Positions 1 to 13,951 of a stretch of DNA of 64,000 bases are shown piece after piece. Where the stretch lies: contig CM022665.1 of assembly GCA_012295275.1 (NCBI GenBank), positions 1,798,001 to 1,862,000 of the forward strand, written 5' to 3'. Both the position numbers and the translations under genes were made by a program. The notes beneath the pieces were generated by a model. It was not told the origin of the DNA. It did no database searches and was given only the letters and a program-made list of their open reading frames with translations. Origin of the DNA: Chrysomallon squamiferum. Lineage: Eukaryota > Animalia > Mollusca. Each line of letters starts with the position of its first letter. The first letter of the stretch is position 1.

Positions 1-606
1 GAAAACTGTCCAAATGTGTCAGTATTTATGTTCTGTAGAAATAAATAAAATGTATAAAAAGTTAAGTATAATAAATGCTGTACTATTATAATGAGAATGT
101 AATAAAACTATCTAAAGAATTGCTGACTTGTGACCTCCAACAGATATGATTTATTATTAGTGTTCATTTGTCAGATAAAAAAAAACAATGTTATCTAAAA
201 CATGAGCAAGGTAATAAATGAACTGACTGGTTTTAAAAGCAAACACATAAAGCTAGAAGTCAACATGACTGTTAGATAAAACAGTTAGTCAAGTGACATA
301 TAGCTTTGTTACAATCAGACCAAATAAGGATTCATTTATTTTTATTGCTTATCTGTTTGACAGTTACCAAAGAAGTGATCTCTGTATTTGTCTGGTGACT
401 TGAATATTGTTAAAGACCTATGGACCTTTGTCCACTTCCTTAGTGTTCACACCATACCTTGGAGCACAGCAGACATTAGTAACAAACTTTGTTAATTAGG
501 TCTATGTGTTGGAATAGAGTGCAGTTTGTTACTCACTCTTCCAAAAAAAGAAGTTGCATTTTGTTCTTATACTTTCATTATAAGTTCATGCTTATTATAT
601 TTAATT

Positions 607-652
607 TAACAATTTCTATAAATTCTGTATCCAGAATTTATAGAAATTGTTA
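607..652. repeat. Perfect inverted repeat, 21-bp arms with 4-nt loop
   Basis: TAACAATTTCTATAAATTCTG-tatc-CAGAATTTATAGAAATTGTTA. Confidence 0.95.
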
Positions 653-1241
653 GAAAGATGAGTAACTCTAATCCTGATTTAGTGAACATGACATTAGCAT
701 AGCCAAGAACGGGCCATAATATCAGTTTATTGATTAGCATTCATTACAAATGATTAGTTTCACTGATTAATTTATTTTTCATTGTTAAATGTGTGGTAAA
801 ATTGTATGATTCTATACAAATTTCATTTCCAAATTTGCTACCTAATATTGTTTGAGTTGATATTTGGTTAACTCAAAGTTTTGCTGTGGCCCCTGCAATA
901 CTGACACAGTGTGGTTTGACTGTATTTATTATTACAGATTTAATATCCCAAAATTATTATTATTATTATTAAAATTATTATTATTATTATTATAATTATT
1001 ATTATTATTAGGATTTTAGCTGTCACGTTCTAAGAATTAAAAGCTGATAACATTTACCTGAAAAGTTTGAAATATTACACCTATCATTGTGCTATTCATC
1101 ATAAATGATTACAGTTATAGATGTGAGATAAAAAAGATAGGATAGAATTACAGGCCTTTGTGAAGAAAACCTTTCATTACAATATACTGAAAATTATTTC
1201 TCATTCAGTTTGATTTTTCTGTACCATCAGGTATTCATTCT

Positions 1242-1274
<33 letters not shown>

Positions 1275-2831
1275 GGATTTTTTCTTTATTTTTACTTTAT
1301 TTTGTTTTTAATTATTATTATTATTATTATTTTTTTTTTTGGTTATACAGTGTAAATTAGTAAGCACATCTTTTTAACTCAGTGATTATCAATGGGATTT
1401 TGTCATTTCATTCTATAAAATAAAATATTATTAGTAGCAGTAGTAACAGTAGTAGTAGTAGTAGTAGTAGTACATATTTTAACTTGTTTTATTTTATACA
1501 TTTTTATACTTTATATTATATTTAATGTCTAGATAATGTTTGTCAGTTTTTTATTTAAATCATTCATATTTAATCATTCTGGTTGCACGCAATACAACAC
1601 AGACATTAACAAAATATAGAAGGTGTGTAACAGACAGATCAGTTATGACTCTTCATTCCACATAATAACCTTTGTGAAGTCACAAATATTTAGTTTTTTT
1701 TATCTTTTCATCCAGTGTAAACTGAGCCCTGTAACAAACTAAATTCATCTGTCAATGTCAGGTTGCCTAGAACAGCCTTAAGTTGTTAACTAGTAATTTA
1801 CTAACAGTAATAATGTACTTGTACATTTTAATTGTATCAGGAGAATAAAAATTAAATAAAAGTACAGTCTGTTGAGTATCTCGGAAATAAGTTAGATTGT
1901 TATGAATTAGAAATTTAGTAATAATAACAATTTTTTGTTTTTGAGTATGCTTGATAGAAGTTACCTTATTGTGAATTAGAAATTTAGTGATAATATTTTT
2001 ATACTTTGATTGTAACAAAAATTAAAATTAAAATAAATATATTTGACTGTCTGAGATATGTAAATAAGATTGTTGTGCATTGACAGTAATATTTTGAAAT
2101 TTAATTATAACACATTAATTATAAATACAGAAAAAACTGGTAAATGAATTTACAGTTGTTGAGGATATCAGGTATACAGGAAAGCTTGTTGAGAATTTGA
2201 TCTGAAATAAAGTAACATTTTTGCACTTAAACTAAATAATATTAATTAAGATGACAGTACATTGTTAGTGGTTTATTAGATCAATTAGACTAATATGAAG
2301 TAGTTTCACTCAGAATAAATTATGGCCAGGAAAACAGAACTGGGATTTGATCCCAAAACCTTCCAAACATAAGACCAGTGGTTTAAGTAAGTAATATTTG
2401 TTTTATTATCTTCAGCACCATTACTGATTCGAACTCCATCTCAGATATTTTTGGAGGCCATGGTGTTTGTTTTTGTCAATACTTCCACTGATACTTGCCA
2501 GTGACTGCCTGTAAATGGATTAGTTGTAATGCTGAAGTTACACAATGTACAGGTTTACTCTGTCCTGATAAGCCAGGTTTTTCCTGAATTCTGTGAACAC
2601 CTTACCCATATCTGGTCAGTGTTGAAAATGTTAACATAACACAGAGTGAAATGTAATCTGTGACTAGAATGTATGCAACCAGAGAGATATCACTTTCTTA
2701 CAAGATTCTAATTCCAAAAATAAAATTATGTGGATTTGTGTAATTTATCATCTGCATTGTGCTAGTTCTCTGTATGTTTGTATGTATGTGGGTGTTTTTA
2801 TATGAATATATGAGTGTGTTTAAATGTTGTC

Positions 2832-2872
<41 letters not shown>

Positions 2873-3251
2873 ATGTGTGCATAGGTTTGGTCTATTGTCT
2901 TTATTAACTGAGTTTTTGTATGTTTCCATCAATACCAAAGTTTACAAAATTTCACATAAAATCTTACTACCTACCTGTATTAAACATAACGTCTATGACA
3001 GATATGTTTGATTTAAGCACGTTACAGTGTCTAAGTCTGATATAAGCTAATCATTATAACACACACTGCAGTACTGCTACTAGACAAGTTATAGGCAGAA
3101 ATTATATAAAGGGAAATAACTGCTTTAGACTTGTATTCTTTACAGAATTATGTTATTTTATCTGGTGAAAAAAACTTCAAAAGACTATACCCAAGAATTA
3201 ATTTAAGTCCTTTATGGGAAAACAGAAAGAAAAAAGGAACATGCATGTATG

Positions 3252-3304
<53 letters not shown>

Positions 3305-3720
3305 TTATATGTGTGTTTCTATGAATGTATATAATTTATCTGCTAATTTACATGGTTAAAACAAAAAGAAGATATTTGTTTAGTAATGATAATCCATTAA
3401 TCTGTTTTGTAAATGTTGAGATTTTCAATCTTTTTGTTTAAAGGAAGCCAATAAAATTGCTAATTAGATTCTAAGTTATATGACCTTTTCTAAACACATA
3501 TTATAATATATGTGTGTGTGTGTGTATATATATATTTTTTTTTTTTAATTATTCATTTGTGTTTGAAGGTAGAACAAAAAAGAAAAGAAAAATAATAGCA
3601 TTAATACAAATATCTGAGATATATAAATTTTGTTTAATTTTTTATTATTTTTATTTTTTAAATTTATTGATATACTTTTTTATTTTATTTATTTGTTTGT
3701 TTGTTTTTATTATTATTATG

Positions 3721-3753
<33 letters not shown>

Positions 3754-4215
3754 TATTTATATATATTTTTTTTTTTTTTTTTTTTTTTTCCCAGTCATGC
3801 TAATGTATGAAAATCCCCAATTTTTTATATTGACTGTTCACATTTGGCAGACAGGTTTTACATGTATTTCAGAATCTTAGATTTCAAATTTCTTTTGGTC
3901 CAGCTTATTTATTAACCACATTATAGTAACATTTGATTTTGTTATTAATACAAGAACATTTTCATCACAGACCATTTCTGATAATCATATCTCGTTTAAT
4001 ATTTCTTACATTTTCCTTTGTCGGTAAAGCAGAAATAGAAAACACAATATTAGAAAATGTAAACTAGAAAACAGACAAGTTATGTGTTATCTGTGACAGC
4101 TGTTGTGTCTATTTTAAGAAGAATAAACAAAACTATTTTCATTGCACATAAGAATATTTTGTGATTTCTGAGAAGGTTATAAAAAAAAATATGATAAACC
4201 TCACAGAATTAAAGC

Positions 4216-4234
4216 TGTGTGTGTGTGTGTGTGT

Positions 4235-4290
<56 letters not shown>
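4216..4290. repeat. (TG)n microsatellite (others near 19333, 37190, 40772, 45677, 47415, 63760)
   Basis: Read directly. Confidence 0.97.
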
Positions 4291-4293
<3 letters not shown>

Positions 4294-5579
4294 GTGCAGG
4301 TGGATGGATGAACACAATGATGGATAGATGTGGATATACATGTATATTATACAGAATTAAAGCAATGTTCTGTAATATAGAAGGTAATGTAAAACTGAAA
4401 GTCAGTCCATCTTTCTGTAAGTGAACAGCACAGTAGTCTTGTATTTAATAATACATCTCTACTTTAATCAGAAACAAAAGCTTATAGCTAAACAAAAAAT
4501 ACTAATTGTTAAAAAATATATAAAACTTGGCATAAACAGAAATTCCTGTCTTTTCACAGCTGAATTTATTAAATATGAACGAGACATTTATTTATCTGAC
4601 AGTCACAGCTTGCTACCAGTGTGTTAGTACATCATTGTCAGTTTAGTGATGATCTAATTTTAGCCTTTTACATATTTAAAAATCAAAGTGAGAATCAGTG
4701 CCAGATGTTACTGGATAAACATCACCTATTAATTTTAAAGTTCGGTTATGAATTATAATTCTAGGTAGGTGGTACAGTGAAAAAAAAAAATAACACAGAG
4801 TTTAGAAAACACATATTTGCAGTCCCTCACAGCTGATGTTCAAGAGTGGTTGATTTGCAAAGATACTGCAAAAAACAAATAAATTTTAACCGTTTAAATA
4901 CAATGTGAGTGATGTATTATAAGAGTACAGGTAAATAGTGCAAAGTAGGAGTGTGTTCCTGACCACATTTAATCGTGTTTTAAATACTAAGTGAACTTCT
5001 CCAGCACACTTTACAGAGAACAGTGATAATGTTGTTCTTCAGTATTTCTGATTACTTCAGTGGCAAAGTATTAAAATTTCCTGTTTAACCACAGTTTAAC
5101 AGAAAAATGAAAATCTTTATCCCTACCTCTACTTAAAAAAATATCAGTTTATCTCTCTGGCTCCTGTGGAAATGAGATGTGTACATTAAATTTTTATCTG
5201 TTTTGTATGTCTGCCAGCCAATCTTATTTACCAGCGTTATAGATATATATCTCAAATTTAAACTAAATAAGTAAAAAAAGAAAATAGTACTGAGATGGAT
5301 ATAAAAATTTAAAAATCACATAGGTGTAATGTATATATTAATTTGTTATCTATCTTGATGTAAGTTGTTACCAGCCAGTCTTCTATATCAGGGGTCAGCA
5401 AAGGCCAGCTGGTGCAGGGAGAGAGATAACACTCAAAGTTGTTATATTTTTCACTATCAATTTTCTACTAACTTTTATCCAGTTTGATTTTGCTGTATGT
5501 GGGGCAGTTGCTTGCTTGTGGTCTGACAGTTCCGCAGTACCTGAGTCAGATCTATGTAACTGAACACACACGTATCAGA

Positions 5580-6015
5580 TTTTAATTCAACATACTCAGC
5601 CTAAGCTGTGACTGTGTTTTTAATTTACCATATCTTTATCAGACAATTCAGTATGCTTTATTCAGCATATCTCAACTCACAGTGTGTCATTCAGAATATC
5701 TGAACTCAGTTTTTTTTTATTCATAATACTTGAACTCAGTGTGTTTTATTCAGAACATTTGAATTCACAGTGTTTTATTCAGAACATTTGAATTCACAGT
5801 GTTTTATTCAGAATATTTGAATTCATAGTGTTTTATTCAGAATATCCGAACTCACTATGTTTTATTAGAATATTTGAACTTGGAGTGTTAAAATCAGTAT
5901 ACTTGAACTAAGGTATGACTGTATTTTTAATTTGCCATACCTGTATGAGACAACAGGGTGTGTTTTATTCAGCATATTTGTGTTTGATGTGGAGACAAGT
6001 GTTTAATTCAACATG
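5580..6015. repeat. ~29-bp minisatellite (TGTTTTATTCAGAAYATTTGAATTCACAG), about 9-10 degenerate units plus flanking variants
   Basis: Near-identical units at 5742-5850, decaying outward. Confidence 0.9.
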
Positions 6016-6142
6016 AACAGGATTCCTTTTGTACTCACCTCTTTCAGCAGAAAGGTATTTATTTTGTTATTTTTAATATTTTTACATTAGGTATAATCAA
6101 AACAAAATTAAACACAGTTCATTTATTTATTGAAAATATATG

Positions 6143-6147
<5 letters not shown>

Positions 6148-6227
<80 letters not shown>
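6148..6227. repeat. (CT)n microsatellite
   Basis: Read directly. Confidence 0.98.
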
Positions 6228-6231
<4 letters not shown>

Positions 6232-8439
6232 ATAAAGAAATATCTCTGATGTGTATATTATTTTTATATTTTTAATTTGAAATGCTCTTTGGTCTGGCAC
6301 TTATTACATAATAAAATGATACTTTATTTGGACTGGATGATTGTAACTGGATTCTTATCATAGAAGAATTCACCACAGAATTCAATCCATCAGACTTAAA
6401 ATGTATCAAATTCTGAAAACAGAATATTTTGTGTACAGGTGAAACCTCTTTCTTGATGTACTAATATGTGTATTTTTTTATTTTTTATTTACATCTTTTT
6501 GAACATTACAGTATATTTAGAAATATTTGTTTCAACCTTAAATAAATGTGAAGTGAAGATTGTTTTCAGTTTCACATCATACCCGAATCTTTATACTTTG
6601 CAAACAACATACCAAAAACAACACATTCTTATATGTCTTAATTATCAAACAATTACATGGACACACAAATTAATTGAATTACATATCACATTTCATTAAT
6701 CTGCAACACCAATATCGTATAACAAACATGCTGAATCTGCAGAGGAATTTCTTTCTTCCAGTCTCTTATCAAGATATTCCACCAATGTTGAGAGTCTGTA
6801 ATTTATGTAAATTCCTCAAGGCTCAGTTGAAGGCTGGACTGCTGTTGACATCATGTTAATGATGTAGGGATCATATTGTCTAAATGACAGCTATTATTTG
6901 ACAGAGTCACAGCAAGGACATGACTTGAAATGGAGATGTGTTGTCCAGAGAGTAGTGTTACTAACATTTAGTGTAGATTGCTATTAGAGATTGTCTCAAA
7001 CAACATACCTGTGATATCATGTTTGGTTTTATACTTTAAATCTATTTATTTATTTATTTTTTTATTTGTAAATTATTTTTATTATTTAACATTATATTTC
7101 AAGATAATGCAACTCAATTAATATTGTTTTATGTATGTGTTTATATGTAAATCTGCATGTATGTGTGTTGGTAAAAATAATGTTTGATTTATTAGAGTTA
7201 TTAATAAGGTAAAATTGTAAATTATAGTTACTTCCATTATTAACCTCAAGATAGTTTATTAATTTTAAATACAGCTGATTACATTAGTTTATTCTTACAT
7301 TCATTGAATTTAATTACTGCCACCATTATAAATCAAAAAAAAAATAACTGTTTTTATTTGTTAAAATAATTATCATTATCCTTTTTGGCAGTTGTTTCTT
7401 TTTTTGTTGTCTGCTGTTGTTGTTTTTTTGATACTTGATAGTAATAACAATTTTTAAAATATTTTTGGGGAATGTTTCTCTCAGATTTATATGCCACTAT
7501 TCCATAAACCAAATGTGCCAGAATGAGTTCCAGTACCTCACACAGAGATTTGATTAAATCACCTGCTTTATCAGACCCAGAAGTTAAAGTGAGCCAGTGT
7601 ACAGATTGTTTCTCGTTCGTATTTCTTTGTTCCTGACCCTTCACAGGCTGTGATCAGTTACATGTAGATATGTAGCACAATGTATGTGCCAGGTACATTG
7701 TCACTTCAGATAGAACCAGTCATTTAATTATTTTCTGTGAACATTCTTTGTTTTATTTGTTTACTTAATATTTGTGAGTTTTAATCATGATACTTTTTTA
7801 ACGGTTAATAAGTTAACAGTTATGTCTCAGTAATTGAAATGTTTAAAACTCTGTTGGTGTGTTTGCTTTTAACAAAAACAAAATACTACAAAATTATATA
7901 AAAACAACATTAGTATCAAGAAGTCAGTAATACAACTATATTTTGAATGATTTTGTTCACTCTAGAAAAGAAAACAAAAGCTATATAAAAAAAACAATCT
8001 ATGTTTATGTAATATATTTTTGTTGCCTTTTTTCCAATGTATATATATCTGTTACATGGTACTGAGATGTCAGGAACTGGGGACATTAACAATATTAATG
8101 TTTATTAGATCAGTCATGTTTGTCAAAACAAAACAAAATATATATATATACATACACATACATCACACACACACACGATTAATTAAGAATGCTTTTTTAT
8201 TTCTCTCTGTTTTTTATTTTTACCTGATCTGGTTGTAGCAAAACAGCACATGAAGAGCAACTACTTGATAAACATCTTTATAGTATAAAGATATAAATAA
8301 AATTAGCTCAGTTAAGCATAAACTATAATTTTTAATTAACAAATTAGTAGTTAGTGTTTTATGCACTATTGACCAAACACATCACACATGTAAACAGAGA
8401 TATTTCTCTTTATGAAGAATGATGGGTTGTAAGAACAGT

Positions 8440-8535
8440 CCTTGTTGCATTTTCTCTCTCAGCTTCTTGTCTTGCCCTGGGTATATCAAAGGCCATGTTA
8501 TATTCTTTACTTTCTGTTGAAAATGCTCATAATTT
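8440..8535 (+). mobile_element. Decayed SINE-like fragment
   Basis: ggtatatcaaaggccatgttatattctttactttctgttgaaaatgctcata; same block as in the other copies. Confidence 0.4.
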
Positions 8536-8955
8536 GTTAGAATAATTCATAGCTGGTGGTGATGTAGGGGAGGGGTTGTTTGGGTGTTTTGTTCTGTAAT
8601 ACGGTCATTAAAAAACAACAGTTAATATGACACAGAGTTGAAGTTTTGTTGAATATTCACAAAATCACTGATTGGCTCTTACACTAAATGGCTTCTTACT
8701 CTACATTTTCAAGCACTCAGCTTTTAGCAGAATGTTATGTAACATTACTGAGAAACAGTAATCCATTAGTTGCTGAAACTTTCTATTATAATCTGATTCT
8801 GTGGCTGACATTGATTGTCTTTTTGATCTTGAGAAAAGTACAAAGAAAGATAAAATTACTTCAAATTTGGTTTAAAAAAAAAAAAAATAATAAAACATTT
8901 CCAGTAGCAATTAATTGAACATAAAATGATTCTCCTCTGATTTTTTGTGTCTTAG

Positions 8956-9058
8956 GACAGGAAATTTCCTCAGTAAACAACATAAAAAAGAGCAGTGCTG
9001 AATTATCTGTGGACTCAGAAAACAAACATCTCTCATGTATACTGATGCAGCATGCAAG
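8956..9058 (+). CDS. Candidate upstream exon (5' UTR plus start codon at 9035, MYTDAACK) of the longest isoform
   Basis: Acceptor ttttttgtgtcttag|G and donor AAG|gtgagg. ATG 9035-9058 gives 8 codons ending in phase 0, matching the phase-0 exon at 13861. Kozak context is weak and there is no homology evidence. Confidence 0.35.
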
Positions 9059-11879
9059 GTGAGGCTCTTCTGGCTTCATGAAAGCTGTACAAACAATGAT
9101 GTAAAAAAAATAAAATGTCTAAGCTTTTTCACAAAATGCTATGGCATGCTTTGTATTTGTACAGATTCCACTCCTTGTTTGTGAAGAGAAATTATATTTA
9201 CTATCTTTATTTTTCAAACTCCTGAACTGAAAACGTGACAACCGCTTGTTGAATAAATCCAATATCAAACATATGCATTAACATGTATTAACATTATTGT
9301 ATCCAATCTATTTTGTTACATTTCAAGCATGTCCAGCATGCAGATTGAGTTATGTGCAAAGATTTACTGGGATTTCATTATGTAAGGGTAACCAAGCCAG
9401 ACCTCTAAGATGTCATGGATGTCCTAAACTGCATCATTAGATTTTATTGATTGACAAATCTGCCAATAATCAGATTGGTTCCTGCTATTTCACACGTTGT
9501 AATAGCTTGTTATGTTCACTAAATCCTGCAACACTGCTCCAGGAAAACCTTTATTTCAGTTTCATCACTGCCTCTGGAATTGTGTGGTAAATGAAGCAGG
9601 GAAATGGAAGCCAGGATTTCTGAGTGTATAGATGGCCAGAGGGAAAGATCAATCTTCTAAATCTGACCAGGCATACTAAAAATAATGTCAGGCTTTGATA
9701 GGATTTTTGCAGTCACCAAAAATACTCAGTGATTGGGATAGATGCTTTCAGGTTGTCACCATGGGTTTGCTTGCTAAATGGATACATTCAATATTCCAAT
9801 TTGTGGTTTGTATTCTTTACTTTGGCCTTAAAATTATTTAAAAAAATATATATTGCTTTTTCAAGAACGTCTTTGCAGTTGATACTGCGTGATTCTGTGA
9901 CTTAATTAGAGATGTTTTTCCATTTTTTATTAATTTTTGAAATTTTGTTTGTTTGGAACTGTTGTATTTGGTTGTAATGTAAGATATTATTCCTATTTTT
10001 CTCTCACAAAAAAAATATCTTTGTAAGTTTATATACAGAGTATTAAGAAATCATGTTGTTGTAATTATATAACACAAGTATTTTAAATTAAGTCTACAAC
10101 TGTTTATTTATTTGTTTTATTTAAAAAAAAAAAAAAAAAAAAAAATAGCAATAAAAAAGTTTAAAAATTGAATTTGTTGATATTAGCATTAAATTTTTAA
10201 ACTTTTCTTTTATATAGATCATAACCTGCCCATTATTTTTTTTTATTCATAACATATATACTTTAGCTGAAAAACCTTTTTTTTTTTTTTTAATAAACAT
10301 TAAATTGGATAAAAATACAAAAACAAACTCCTCTTCCAAGATTACCATCATCTGTCTGACCTTCGCTTTATGTGTTGATACTTTACTCTTAATAACCTTG
10401 ACCCAAGGATTCATACAAAATTTGAGATAAATCATAAGAGATTTACAAGACTGTATTAAGAATATTTTGAAAATATAAAATGTGACATTTTGCCAGGTCT
10501 GATTTTAAGAAAGCAGTTTTCCTAAGTGGCTTTGATCATCTGATCAGCTTAGACACTGGTGCATATCCTGAAATAACAGACAGTATTTGAGTTAGCTCAG
10601 ACTGAAAAAAGAACTGTAAAAAAATAATACTAAATTGATCTGTTAATAAAAAGACCTATTTGTTTTAGGCATGTTTTTTTGTTTTAACAGTGTTGTGTGT
10701 GAATCAGATAAAAACAATGGAAAATACACACAAAACCAGTTTCTACCTCAGTGGCCTTGAATGAGGTTTAGCTTTTTAACATAAAACATATTTCAGTTTA
10801 AACTGTATATCATTTAGACATATATATTCTTACAGGTTGATCCTCATTAATTGTTTCAAACAGAAAGTTGAATAATGTAATTGTATAATCAGAGAAGTAG
10901 TATATAGTTTTAATTTTTTGTTTTTAAATAATAAAAATATAAAATCAAAAATGACTAAATCAATAAAGAAATAAATAATTGTTGTCTCACTTATATTAAA
11001 TCATTTCAAAATTAACAGACTGTAATGTACACATAACAAAACATTTCTAGAAAATGAGCTAAAAACTTCTTTAATTCCTCAGACAGCCATTTGACATCTT
11101 ACATATTCTTGAGTTCCTACCTTTCTTTCCCCCTTCTTTGCTGCTTTCACTTTTCTTTCTTTTCATCATATTATTATATTATTATTATATTTTTGCATTC
11201 TGTTTATTTTTTAACAAAACACAATATGTGATATAACATGTTATTTGTAAATAACTTTATAAACTTTGTCTCTTGAAAAGAATAAGGAATTGAATGTTTC
11301 ACTAAGTGTCTGATTTATAAAATATTGACTTCAGAACTATAGCTCATGAAATGTCCAGTTAATAATTATACTGAAACATGACAGTTTAGATTTATCTCAG
11401 AAGAAGGAAGGTTATCATCATCCTATTGTCTTCTGAAACCAAAACCTTTGATAGTACATACACAATATCATAGTCTACTTATTATTAAAACTCATTAAAC
11501 GGCACTTAAGAAAATGAAATTTAAGGACGCTGTCTCACACTAACTCATTACCTCTTTCCATTAATTAAATGAGACTTCTGCTGGCAACGCTTCTAATTAC
11601 CACCTGTTGGAATGTCCCCACACAACATGCTGATAACAATACTTTTAACAATAGAGTTCACTGATAGGCACTTGCAGGTCAGTATTGTTTTCACATCCAC
11701 AATGGCTGCAGCTTGTCTCCTATCTGTAATGACAGTTTAATCATTAATAAATCACAGCTTTCAAGTGGTTATCAAATATTAAGTAAACATTGACAAAAAG
11801 GCTACAGTTTTTTATTTGTTTGTTTTTCATTTCACATGTTATGTGACTATTTAAGTGTATTTTCAGAGAATGGATAAAC

Positions 11880-12115
11880 TAATATCCTGTTTAACATCAC
11901 TTTCTGATATCTACTGTTGTTATCTCTATCTCACTTGTGTAATAAGAAAAAACAAACCCACTACAGCCACAACAAGGTCTACTATTATTGATTAACAGTA
12001 AGATTATATCTTATCACCACACTTTCTCCTACACAGGAAAACAAAAACCATAGCCTTTAATAAATCAATTACTTGAAACTGGTTGTGCATGGTAAGAAGG
12101 CTTGATCCATTGACC
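11880..12115 (-). mobile_element. Decayed SINE-like interspersed repeat copy
   Basis: Reverse complement contains aaaggctatggtttttgttttcctgtgtaggagaaagtg, similar to blocks at 8480, 33040 and 50340 in this window; boundaries approximate. Confidence 0.5.
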
Positions 12116-13860
12116 TCGGAAAAGATATAACAAAAGAGTTCATTGCCCACTGTTTTGCCTTTAAGCTTTGTTTGTTGTGTTGTACATCTCCTATAAAAAA
12201 AAAAAAAATTTTTTTATTATTTTGTTTCTCATAATATTTGGACCTTTTGTGATGTAAAAAATAGGCTGCATGCATTTTGTGAACTTTGATGTAACCTGTA
12301 TTATTTGTTTCTAGATATTAGCCTTTGCTAATAATGAAATAGGAAAATAAACTGACACCTCAGGATATTAATGGGACTACCATTCACAATGTAATTCACA
12401 CATAAGTCACTGCATGGTGTTTTGTGTTCAGTGAGAATTTACATTAAATGTTTTGTATTTATAAAGTTTTAGAAAAGAAACTGACAAGGTTTTTGTTACT
12501 CATATTTATTTATTGAAATGTTTCAACTATAGAGTTGTGTCTGGAAGTGGAAATAGTTTATTCAGAACTCTGAGAAAAATTGAACCTGTTACCAGTCACA
12601 CTCAAGAAATAGCTGTAACAGCACTATCCATACAGCCATGACATTTGCAGCAGATACCTTGATAAATATAGTTTAAACATCACACAACACCTGTACACCT
12701 TTCTTATTATATATTTTTTTGAATTCCTTTTCCAAAATGATATAAACTTTTGTATTCAAGTATAATTATAATCAGTTACCTACATATATTGATAGTTTAT
12801 TTATTTTACAGATTTTTATTTATTTATTTTATGTTATTTTATTTTATTTTATTTTGTTATTATTATTATTATTTTTTTTTTTTAAAACAGTTTTATAACA
12901 TAACTGTAAATAAAAATCCTACTGTAAAAATAAAAAAACATTTTATTTTTAGTATATATTTTAATTTTTGCAATTTAAAATTCTTTCTCTTTAAATAAAA
13001 AGGAGAAACAACAAAAAAATAAATCGGTGTAATTTGTTTACTGAGTCATTGATTGAGATGTACGTGTGTGACACATATATTAAACACCTATTTCAATGGT
13101 TAACCTGTTTTAAAAAGAAAATAGCCCCAGGTTAGAAGATAGAAATATCACTGTACATTCAGCAAGTACAGTCTAATTATGAATTAAACTCAATATTTGT
13201 GTAAAACAGGTTATCCTTGCACAGTTTATAATTTCTTTATTTTATTCCACAACTGGCTCACTTTTCACTGAAATTGGTGACATTTGAAACTGGTTTATCA
13301 GTGGACAAATCATCTACTGGACTTAACATATTCATGGAAATAGGTTACAATAATAGTAATTGCAAAGGAGTAATTGTGTTTCCGGTGGTCCAACAACAAC
13401 ATTGTCATTTCAGTGTCTCTGACTTGTCCACTGGCATATAGCAGGAAAACAAGGTGTCTGTATAATTATTTATTCTAATTTTGTGAACCAAAATATAAGC
13501 TTATAAACAGGTGGGTCATTAAAATGGATACATTTCATGGGTGCAGGCTCCTTCCAGTGTTAAAATACTTGGATTATCCTTGACCAGTGGACTACTTTGA
13601 ATTTCCAGTGGAACACCTGGTTGTAATGGGAAATAATATTTGACAAGAGCTTTTTGTGACAATACTGTCTGCACCTTGTTGTGGTACATATTGTATTTCA
13701 TGTGACTAGAAGTTAAATAAATGACACCACATTAATAAGGAGGTTTTTTTTGTTGTTGTTTTTTTCCTGTTTACATATTTATTGAGTAAACTGCACCTTA
13801 CATTATTAACAAAAGCTGATGTCAGTTTTATTGTTTTGTTTTTGTGGGTTTTTTTTTCAG

Positions 13861-13951
13861 ACACTCACACAGCCCAGTGGTAAAACATCAAAAACCAAAG
13901 TATCCCTGAATGAATACTCTGCTGATGATAATGATGAACACAATTCTAGTG
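13861..13951 (+). CDS. Candidate internal exon of a long isoform (TLTQPSGKTSKTKVSLNEYSADDNDEHNSS-G)
   Basis: Very strong acceptor (long T tract + cag) and consensus donor G|gtaagt. 91 nt, open only in phase 0, and ends in phase 1 compatible with the acceptor at 42459. Confidence 0.6.

Noticed and set aside
5650-5910. Regular ~29-bp repeats resembling a CRISPR array
   Set aside because: Units are head-to-tail with no unique spacers, there are no cas genes, and the context is eukaryotic.
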